Assembly (NCBI RefSeq): GCF_006345805.1
Contig: NC_042999.1
Location: 93,496,001 to 93,560,000 of the forward strand
Direction of reading: 5' to 3'
From: Octopus sinensis
Lineage: Eukaryota
Length of the DNA stretch: 64,000 bases
Positions 54,170 to 64,000 of the stretch are shown one piece after another. Both the position numbers and the translations under genes were made by a program. The notes below the pieces were generated by a model. That model was not told the origin of the DNA, ran no database searches, and was given only the letters and a program-made list of their open reading frames with translations. Each line of letters opens with the position of its first letter. The first letter of the stretch is position 1.

Positions 54170-55085
54170 CTATCGAAATCTAGAAAGCCCCCCCCCCCAC
54201 ACGTGGCATAGATGGGGCAAGCAAATTAAGGCTCTGGTCAGAATATTTGCTGTAGCCCATCTTTTTATACCAAGACAAAACATGTACATGATGACACTTC
54301 CAATTGGTTAAAATCAGAAGCCATGAGACACACTGCTTGATTTTTTATCATCATCATCGTCGTCCGTCGTCGTCGTCGTCATCATCACTATCCTCATAAT
54401 TATCATCAATCATCATCATCATTATTATTATTATTGTATAATAGTTTAATATTTGTTAGATTGAGGCAAGTTTCTACTGCCTCACATGCTAAACCTCCAT
54501 GTTGCTGGGGTATGTGCCGCATTTTGTGTTAATTTTTGCTTTTGGGAGTGTGCTAACACTTCTCGATACTGTATTGTGGAGGTGTCTTTTGTTGTGTTAC
54601 TGTCTGTATTGTGTGTTGAGTGTGTAGTGCTTTGGTATTCCAGTTTGAGAGAGAAGTGCATGCTATCAAATTGAAACTGGGGTATAAATGTACAATATGC
54701 GCGCGACATGGTGATCTCATATCAGAACAATAGCGCATGAAATTTGCAGGTGGGGCCCAGTTACACTTTCCTTCAGGTCGAGTGGACCATCCCGCTCAAA
54801 TGGTCCCTGAATAAGGAATGTTTGAAGATATTCAAACCCCCAAATTCCGCTCAACACATTACTATAATACTCCCCCCACTACATCTGCTTGTGATCATAG
54901 ATCACATAACGTCAGCCAATAAGGGACATACTCAACTGGGTAACGTCAACCAAATGACAAGAAAATCCATAGTACTGAGCAGAATATTTGCTGTAGCTCA
55001 TCTTTAATATCAAGACAAAACAATGTACATTATAACTTCCAATAAGTTAAGCTCAAAAGCCATGAGAACCACTACCTTGTACCGC
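54170..55085 (+). repeat. Two family C copies (54170-54340 and 54745-55085), the second ending in (ATT)n
   Basis: Shared ~110 bp CAGAATATTTGCTGTAGC.CATCTTT...CAAGACAAAACA.TGTACAT...ACTTCCAAT...AAGCCATGAGA. Confidence 0.65.
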
Positions 55086-55090
55086 ATCAC

Positions 55091-55159
<69 letters not shown>

Positions 55160-55161
<2 letters not shown>

Positions 55162-55290
55162 TCCACAGCTTCTAAAGCTGGAGATGTACTACGGTGTCAG
55201 CTGTTCACGACCAGTGAACTAAGGTAACACCTCTTATTTTTCGAGCTCTTCCGGAGTATTCGAGCGGGTCCAAGCAGTGCTGTTAGCTGT
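55160..55290 (-). mobile_element. R4/Dong-type LINE 3' end in an (ATT)n tract
   Basis: Reverse complement is near-identical to 47390-47510 and 5965-6090. Confidence 0.8.
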
Positions 55291-55633
55291 TGGCGAAGGG
55301 CTTGGAATTTTTCAGCATTAGACTGCATATTATTTTCCTCAGCCCATCTATAAATTGAGTCCAATTCCTGCTGCAGGGTTTCTGTATTTTCTGCTAGAAT
55401 GATTCACTCTTATTCTCCGTGTTTTGAGACGTAATCGCTTTAGTCCCAAAAAGCTACATGTTGACACTCACGGGGCCTCATTGTATTATCTTGTAATTGA
55501 TGACATTTGATTGAGCCGTTTGAGAATGCATTGAGAACTGACAGAGAGACAAAGGTTTTAAAATATATATAAGTATATTCTATATATCATAAGTTCATAC
55601 ATTTGCAAAAGCGGCTTATTAATGAACACTGCT

Positions 55634-55739
55634 ATTTATAATCTCCTCCCTGATGAGATTGATGCATTATTCCACCTTATTGTTCTGCCTGGATGAATTT
55701 TAATGTATCCATCGAAACAAATATGTCGGTGATGTAAAT
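55634..55739 (+). ncRNA. Type I hammerhead ribozyme with canonical core and long stem II
   Basis: CTGATGA 55650-56; stem II GATTGATGCATTA/TAATGTATCCATC (12/13 pairs, G10.1-C11.1 intact); GAAA 55714-17; stem III ACA/TGT with AATA loop; GUC cleavage after C55727; imperfect stem I with GGTGATGTAAAT. Confidence 0.8.
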
Positions 55740-55784
55740 GATTTAAATAACATCTTGTGCATTTATCTCCATTTTTCATTATCT

Positions 55785-55841
<57 letters not shown>

Positions 55842-55959
55842 AGAGAGAGAGTGAGAGAGAGAGAGATACACGAACGTATATATGTGTGTGTAGATATAAA
55901 GACACATATGCAGATTAGACAGACAGACAGACTGACAGATAGATAGTCAGAGAGACAGA

Positions 55960-56061
<102 letters not shown>

Positions 56062-56678
56062 TGGTGATATTAGTTTTGCTTCCATAGTTAAACTTCTCTT
56101 TCAGTGGGGAATTCTATATTGTACGGAAGCATTTTCTGTTAATTTTCCAATGAAAATTTATTTTACGTTGTATTTTATGGTGTGTTGCAATAGCTTCTGC
56201 TTACGTATAATATATTAACTGCTATGTTACATACCGTATATAGAATGTAGATTTACATAAAATGAATTTAAAACTATATATATTTATAAACTATATATCT
56301 TGATAAGTTTAAACATTTATCAGTCTATGTTAAATATTCTCATATTTTCATATTTTGCGAAATTCTGCACAAATATATAATTTCATGTAGAGCCACTTGA
56401 ATACATATGCATACACACGTAAACTCATACCCAAAACGACACAAACATATGTACATATATACACATTCTAGTAGACAGAAGAAAAGATATATAATCAATG
56501 AACATTACTCAGTAATTCAAAATATTCTGGCAAATTTAAAACTATATGAAATGTAATGCATATACTGTCAAAAGCTTGAACTGTGTATAATAATTTTAAC
56601 CATATTTCCAAAGGCTCCACCGACGTTATATACCTGAATGCACACGTACAGACACGCATACCATTGAAACAATGTTAT

Positions 56679-56734
56679 GTGACGAGCGGGCAGAATCGTT
56701 AGCACGCCAGGCGAAATGCTTAGCAGTATTTCGT
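56679..56734 (+). mobile_element. SINE family A 5' half, interrupted by the Tx1-like LINE
   Basis: GACGAGCGGGCAGAATCGTTAGCACGCCAGGCGAAATGCTTAGCAGTATTTCGT stops where the LINE begins. Confidence 0.8.
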
Positions 56735-56907
56735 ACGTCTGTTATTGAAAATTTATTATTGGATTGTGTTCGCAAGTTTCTATTAATTGACATATCTCTT
56801 GTTGTGCCTATTGTTAGACTTATTGTGGAAAAAAATTGTAGCATAGTTTTCTTTCGAAAGCTACTTGTGGTTTTCTCAGGTGGGGGAAAACATTAGTAGC
56901 CAGCAAG

Positions 56908-57980
56908 ATGCCGAAAAGTGTGTCTTTGTCGGGTGATGAATCATCGACTGAACGGGAAGCAAGGAAAATAGAAAGTTTAATTTTTGATAACGTTTCTGAT
57001 GTGTCGGAAAGCGAATTCCCGGCATAACTAAAAGTTACGAACACCAAAAGAAATATAGAAGAAAGGACCATCGAAAATGAAGAAAGGAAAAGTTTTGCGT
57101 CAGCAGCCGGTAGTGGAACGCGACAGCTGTCAACTGACAAAGAAGAATCACTAAAATACAAAGATATAATAACAGAACGAGATGGAGTAGTAAAAGTGGA
57201 AATACGAGAAGAATTAACGGAGGAAAAAAAGAAAATTATTATTTTCAAGACATTCTGCTTAAAAGCTCGTAAAATTGATAAGATATGTGAGCCAAACATT
57301 GAAAAAAAGGCTAAAACCCATCTGGCAGGATATTATATATCTAACCAAAGGGAAGAAGTTTGGAACCATTGTGGTGAGGTTTAAGAACGCACAAACGGCA
57401 CAAAAAACATTCTGTAAAATCTTTGGAGTCGGAAGACACTATGTTAATCCCAATTTACACGGGAATGAGAACATCAAAGGTGAGAATACCAAGAATTCCA
57501 CTCAGAGTTAATCCTTGATGGCGGCACACCTGGCAAACAGGGAAGATAATATTAACCTCCTGCAGGCTACCGTCGCTGAGAATAATATTGGACTGATCAA
57601 ACGTTTAACCTCATAGTGTTGACTGACTAAAAAAATTTAGAACAGCTTCCAGAAATCGTGGAAATAGGGGAGAAAGTTCTAAATATTTTTGTTGAGGTGT
57701 GTATGCTCCAATATTTCCAGTGTGGCCAACTGGGTCACATTAAAAAATATTGTAAAGAAGGTGCAGAAGAATCAGACGGTGAGGAGGAAGACAGAGAGAG
57801 CGAAAGAAACTGAAGGAAAAATAAACAACGAAAGGAAAATAAAAGGCTCGAACCAGCAAAAGCAGAGCGAACCAAGAAAAAAAAAACAGTCAAGAGAGAG
57901 AGACCGAGGATGGCGGAGGGGATGACGAACAGAGGAATAGCTGCACTACACAGCAAAAACGAAGACTTAATACGTGAGAT
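56908..57980 (+). pseudogene. LINE ORF1 remnant with zinc knuckle
   Basis: Starts MPKSVSLSGDESS; (C)FQCGQLGHIKKYC at ~57710-57755; frameshifted. Confidence 0.65.
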
Positions 57981-58169
57981 AAAAACAAAAAATCAGCAAC
58001 TAGACTAATTGAATTTTATGAATTGGACAAAAAAACGTATAACATCTTGTTTAACACATATAGAAAATCGGTCTCAACATTGAGATTTGATTTTCACCAA
58101 TCTATGTTTGAAAGCTTGCCATCTCCGACCCTAAGTCAAGAAAAGGTGGAGAGTCTCTCTCCACAGGAC

Positions 58170-60645
58170 GCCTCGATCTAAAAGCTCAGTCACGCCTATC
58201 CACATTGATTGTATAAATGTTCGTGACCTGATGTCGAGTTGGATGCAAGGGCGCTTCCTAAATGACATCAGATCCAGAAATTTGGATGTAATTGTTGCAA
58301 CGGAAAACCGGGTGAAGGGGGCAAGAGATCTGCTCCCCCTCCTGAACAGCTACGAGAAATACGTTTCTCCGAGTCGGGAGGAAGGTGGGGTGGGGTGTTG
58401 GTCCTACTAAAAGGAAACCGGGTAGCCGAGAAAAAGTTTTTCCTGACCCAGAAGGCAGGTTGGTCGTTCTTGACCTGACATTCAGTTGTGGCAAGATAAT
58501 TAGACTAGTCGCTATTTATGCACCCAACATGGGCCCGCAAAGGGATTATTTTCGTGTCCTGGGCAAGTTCCTAGCCACGTCGCATTCGCTAGTATTTTTA
58601 GGAGACTTTAACACAATATGTGAAGCACACGTATTGTGTTGGTTCGAACATGAACAGAAAATGTAACCCAGGCTTACGGGATCTGCTAAGTCAATTTCAG
58701 CTAGCAGATCCATATAGGTTGGAACACCCGAACACTCATCAGTGGACGTGGTCAAATAATGACGGGTCTTCCAGAACATATCTAGTTAGGATTTTAATTA
58801 GAGAAACAGATAAGTTCATAGCCGAGTGTCCACAGTTTTTTTCTAGTCAGCTACAGTGACAACAAGATGGTTACCTGTAAGCTGACGGTAGATAAGTTGC
58901 ATAGTCAGGGATCTGGCTACTGGTAACTCAATACGTTCCTTTGGCGATTGAGGAGTACAGAAAGCGGATCAAGATGTTAATACAGAGGGCATTAACAGGT
59001 GCCATGGTTAATAATAAATGGTGGTACGCCCTAAAAGAGCCATCAAATATGAGTCTATTAGGTTTAGCATAAGTTTAGCTAAGATGGTCTAGTTAAGGAA
59101 CTAAAGGAAGCCTGGAAGACTGGTAATGCGGACAAAGCGAGGGTGAAAAGACTGGAGTTAAACCAGCATCTTGAAGGCCAACGCATGAGAAGTATTGCCA
59201 GAGTTAAGTTACGTGCGATAGGAAGTGAAGGAATCAAGGCTGCTGGATGGGCCCGAGTGGAGGAAGCTTGGCAAAGAAATAGTTCCACTAGTCGGTCTTT
59301 GACAAATCAAAACGGTGTCTTGGTAAACGAATGTGAGAAAATGTGAAGCCTTTTGAAAATACTTCGCCCAGCTGTTCGGGGGTAACGGCGGTCTTGGTGG
59401 TGGAAGAACCCTCGAGGAATTTCTAGCCGGGTTACTGTGCCTTTCAGGGTCGGATGCGGATTCTTGCGAAAGGCCAATCACGCCTGGGGAGGTGATGGAG
59501 GCTTTGGACGACTGTAAAGCGGGTAAGTCGCCAGTACGTGATGGTCTTCCGTACGAGCTGTGTAAATGTATGCCAGACTTGTTCGGGCATCTACTGGCTG
59601 ACGTGTACGCGAACTGGCAACTTCAGACAGCGTTGTTGGGCGCTGGACGGAGGGACCCGTTAAGTTGCTGGACGTTTGGTGTGGACCAGGCCTCCAGACA
59701 GAGAAGAACTGGACGGAGGTATTGAGCAGGGTGGCTGCAGTAGCCAAGACCTGGTTTTGGCGGTAGTTAACTCTGAAAATGAGGTTGGAGGTGGCCAATG
59801 TGTTTATCGTATCGGTCATTACCTACCGCCTGACCGTGAGAAACTTCTGGATTCTCCTGAATAGTGAACGGGTGTGGTCTCCGCTGGCCAGACAAATGTT
59901 CTCCGAGTTCAAAAGTTTTTGAGAACAGGGAACCTGGTTTTCTCGTAGACCGAGGTCGAGTGAGTGGCATAAAGAGTTCCGTAAGGCCCGCTTGCTATTC
60001 CGGCGCTCGGGCAACGTCAGCGGTGGGGTTTCCACACGGATTTTATATTGTGGGTTGGTAGAGTCTGAATGCGACGATGGTCTGGGGGCGACTCTAGGTC
60101 TCGGGTTTATTCAACTGGACAGCCTGTTTCACCGTACATCCGGGTTGAGAACGTTGGACAACTTCCAAAAGTCCTTCACCTGGAAATGCTACAGAGGTGC
60201 CTTGCCCGTTTGCGATAAGCTCGCAAGACACGGTAATCGTCAGTCGCCGACCTGTCCAAGATGCTGGGGGGGGGGCAGGGAAAACGTCCCTCACGCTATT
60301 GTTCGGAGTCCGGAGATAACTGAAATGTGGGCTTATGCTGTACACCTGTTGTCCGGCGAAGGACTGAGTCAGTTATAAAAATTGATCCACCGGGAGTTTT
60401 AACGAACGAAGGTAAGAATTGTTTTCTTACGGTTATAGCAATAGCGAAAGCGACAGTATGGAAGACTAGGGTAAAAGGAATTAAGACAGGCAACTTTAAC
60501 TTTGGCCACAATTTACGATCATTTTTTTCTTTTCATTTTGAAAAGGAAATTCTGGATGGAGAAAAGATGTCTGTCGGAGTGTACGTTCCAAAAAAGATGG
60601 AAGCATATTGCACGAGTATTGTGCATGCAGGGAACCGTATGAACA
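58170..60645 (+). pseudogene. LINE ORF2 remnant (APE endonuclease, truncated RT, C-terminal CCHC)
   Basis: INVR.L, EGRLVVLDL, RLVAIYAP, LGDFN, WTW, GSGYW; GKSP..DGLPYE then a jump at ~59620 to post-RT GPVKLL.VW.GP; CPRC..G.ENVPHAI. Confidence 0.85.
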
Positions 60646-60883
60646 GACGAAAAAAAAGAACAAAAAAAGGTACCAGCGGTAGATCGAGGCTCGTGGGGTC
60701 GGAGCGTGGCCTGATCATCGCTTCATTTGTATTGTCTTTGTATTGTTAATTCCATTCGATTTTTTTCTATTGTACTTAGATTTTTAAAGTCACATTATAT
60801 GTAAAATCATATCGCTTTACTGATCCCATCAGTTGTTCTGTCCATTTCTATGTTTGGCCCCCGGTGGGCAATAAAGAAATTGA

Positions 60884-61011
60884 TATTTCGTCTGCCGTTA
60901 CGTTCTGGGTTAAAATTCCGCCGAGGTCGACTTTGCCATTCATTCATTCGCACTGGGGTTGATGTAATCGACTTTATCTTTTGTTTGAGACCCGTGGGAA
61001 ATAAAGAAATA
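60884..61011 (+). mobile_element. SINE family A 3' half
   Basis: TATTTCGTCTGCCGTTACGTTCTGGGTTAAAATTCCGCCGAGGTCGACTTTGCC...CACTGGGGTTGATGTAATCGAC...GTGGGAAATAAAGAAAT. Confidence 0.8.
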
Positions 61012-62539
61012 AATGTTATGCACTTTCCAAAGCTACCGCACTTCAGCCCACATAAGCGCTAAATTCTAAAAAAAAATACATATATTTAGCTCAAATACAA
61101 GGGAATATAAGTATAGTTTCGGAATCCGAAAGAAGTCCATAGCTGCTTGATGCTCTACACTTTTTCCATTATTACATCTATGTACTGCTATTTAGGTTCG
61201 TGGTATGTTCAAAAGAAATACACACTGCGCTTCCTTTACTTAACAGACCATTGGTTCCAAATCTTTGTTTAAATATTCACTTTCTTTTAATAACCTATCA
61301 CCATATTTTTCAGACTTTCACATTTTTCTCTGAAACAATAAACCACATTATTCCTCAGCAATTGAAAACTTTAGACATTTATTGCTAACTTCTTTTCTTT
61401 TTTTATTTTTTTACTAAAAATGCAGCTTTCTATTTTACAAAATATATTACAAAAGAAATTTATCGCAACTAATTAAATTATCACTTCGCTGAATCTTGAA
61501 TTTCTAGAAAAACTCATTTTATACAATACACACACACGACCAGCAAACACACAGAAAAGTACACACGCACACACAGACAAGCACACACACACGTACACAT
61601 ACACCACACACACAATAATTTATCAATAATTCCAAACAAAAAATAATGCCGCAGTGCTTCAAATGTAAGCTGAAATCAGTTTCTGTGTGTGATGTCAGTT
61701 ATAAATGCCGAAACTTATGTAATGATTACTAAGAAATGTAAAAGAAATGCCAACATTAAACAGGTACTGATTGAGGTCAAATCTGCGAAATTGTATTCAA
61801 ATTGTATTCAAAGGTAACCTGTAATTTAAATTCAAATTCACAGATTATATATTTTCAACAATTAGGTGGGATCATATAATCGAGTATTAAGAAAGTGATT
61901 TAGCCTGCTAAAATCCCATAATAACTATGCAACTCATATGTATAATATATATTTTTTATCACGTTTATGTATTGCTCTCCCATCTCTAGAGCTCCCCTTT
62001 AGTATTTCATGATACTAAGCAGTCAGTAACAATGAGTAACGAAAACATATATGCAAGTCGCATGAACGTTATTAAATTTCCATTCTGTAGAACGGATTAA
62101 ACCCATTTATTTTAAAGAAGTTATACTAGTAGAAGCAGTAAGTCTTTAGTAGTGATATATGAATATCGCATTTACCGAACAGGTTTTGTGCGTATTGTGT
62201 TCTCGTATAAATTCAGTTTTTTTCTATTTACTGTAATCTTATTATTTTTCATCGATTCTCATAAACCAATCTGTAAAATATTCTCCTCTATTCAAATCTT
62301 GCCATGGTTCTATTAGGTTTCCAATGCCTTGAACGTAGAAATTAGTGGAACTCGACTCATAGAATTGATGAAGGGAACATCTCGCCGACTGATGGAGAGA
62401 GATCGGAAAAATGATTATCTGACACCACTATATCAGGAAAATACGGTGGATTTGATGAAACCTCTCAACCAAATACCTCATGGGAATTCCAACCATATTT
62501 CGTGGATCTCTACCTCAACAGCTCCTTTATAGGTCCAGT

Positions 62540-64000
62540 GGCTAAAGACATCATCAGGGGGAATTATATCCGGTTTCGGCCCCTACTCTTCAACTATTTC
62601 CGACATGGCGGGCCCTCCCTTTGGGAGGTGTCTTCAGCTCTGGTGTTGATTGCGTTTCTTCTTTTTCCTTTTTTCTTTTGTTCTTTGGTTTCTTCGATGC
62701 AGCGTCATCGAATGTCAGCTGGCGAATGACCATCCTGCAAAATTACCCTTTAAATACTCGCTGGTAAGCTCCAGCAGCCAGCACCAGCCAACTGTCGTGA
62801 CACTGTCTAAGCTTCAGATAACCAATGGAGGGAAGGGCGCGTAGTTTTAGCCTGCACCCTCTCTAAATTTGCATTCGAACTGTGTTGTGTTAGTTTCAGT
62901 TCCAGCAGCCTGAGATCCACCACCTGTTTGGTGGTACTAGCCTACGAACCAGGAGGAAGGCGCGCTATGAACGAGATCGCTACCTTGGCCCACCCGTCAA
63001 TCAGCGTTGCTGCTTAAGTGTCAGCCAGCCTCACCTAATAAACCCTTTTCGCAGTCGGCTTGTTATGGCTTTCACGCCATTTTTGGTCTTCTCGCTTCAG
63101 TCATATATAGAAGCTGGCTTTTTCGACTGCCTCCTGTAACCTCCTTATTACTTCTCTCAGCTCTGAGCGGGAAAATGTAAACCTTCTTTTAAATAATGTC
63201 GTCATTTTCCTTTCAATGAAACCCCTAGTCCCCACTGCTAGAGGTGATAATACTCGACAGTCTATCCCTGTTCTCTGCTCCATTCGATTAATCTCTCATA
63301 CCTCTTTTCCTTCCAATGCTCTGCATTAGCGATGTTCTCTTCCCATGGGACTGGCAGCTCTAGCAAAATTCCAATTTCCGTTCTGGATTCCATAGGATTA
63401 AGTCCGTATTTTTTGTTGTTGTTATGAGTGGAATTATTAACAGTCTTTCCAAATCCACGGCCAGCTCCCAGTATCACTTCCATTTTTCGTCTGTCTCGTT
63501 TATTTTATTGGAAGGCCTGGCGTTATGTCCTTTTGCCTCCTTCTGGAAATTTTTCCGCGTTTTTCCACTTTTCGGTATTCTCTCCTACTATATCCCTCGA
63601 TCTTCTTGTGTTCTGCGCTTATGACACTGAGGACTTGATTTTGACGTCATGTATATCTGTCTAGTGCTAGCCTGCTGTTTGACAGAACATGTATCAGCGT
63701 CGCTTTCTCTCCGTATCTACATTCATCAGTTGTTTGTATGTTCCACCGGATTAAATTCGTCGGTGAAGGTAAAACGTCGAAGGTAAACTTGATCAGGAAG
63801 GATGTTCTTGCTTGTTCTGAAGCCCAAATTTCCCTCCATGAGATTCTGCGACTGACAACATATTCCTCCCATCTCAGACACTGTCCTTGTTGACTACATT
63901 GCACCAAATGTACATTTCGCCTTTCTTCGTCCTCATTTCTCACTTCGCGTACCACTGCCTCTTACATCTCTTTTACACTGCTCTTGCAAAATGACTTGAA
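62540..64000 (-). mobile_element. HERO-type (RLE) non-LTR retrotransposon 3' part, continuing beyond the window
   Basis: QGQCLRWE...ISWREIWASEQARTSFLIK.TFDVLPSPTNL.RW, HVLSN...ALDRYTWRHNQVL, LLEL.VPWEENI, VGTRGFI, AVEKASFYI. The 3' UTR boundary is uncertain. Confidence 0.8.

Larger units (their letters stand above)
56735..60883 (+). mobile_element. Tx1/L1-type LINE, near full length, RT core deleted
   Basis: 5' UTR, ORF1, ORF2 remnants and a 3' end with AATAAAGAAAT. TATTTCGT occurs at 56727-34 and 60884-91 (candidate TSD). Confidence 0.85.

Overview
AT-rich, microsatellite-dense eukaryotic (animal) genomic DNA with no recognisable host protein-coding gene, rRNA, true tRNA gene or CRISPR array. 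The repeat families look cephalopod (Octopus-like); this is an inference from recalled repeat families and needs a database search. The window is a mosaic of decayed mobile elements: two full-length mariner copies plus fragments, an internally deleted Gypsy LTR element, many R4/Dong-type (RLE) LINE fragments, a CR1-type LINE 3' fragment, a near full-length Tx1/L1-type LINE lacking its RT core, a HERO-type LINE, Penelope-like (PLE) fragments, mini-Helitrons and two tRNA-related SINE families. The most striking unannotated signal is a set of about nine type I hammerhead ribozyme (HHR) motifs from about seven unrelated sequence families, five with intact catalytic cores. Two of them sit in unrelated insertions with the same architecture: a ~500-bp terminally redundant unit carrying one HHR, plus a near-perfect fold-back arm, next to (TA)n. 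This suggests retrozyme-like or PLE-derived RNA intermediates. The window also shows apparent SINE-LINE tail sharing and a Tx1-like LINE inserted into a SINE whose tail resembles its own. Boundaries of degenerate elements are approximate, and alignments were done by eye.
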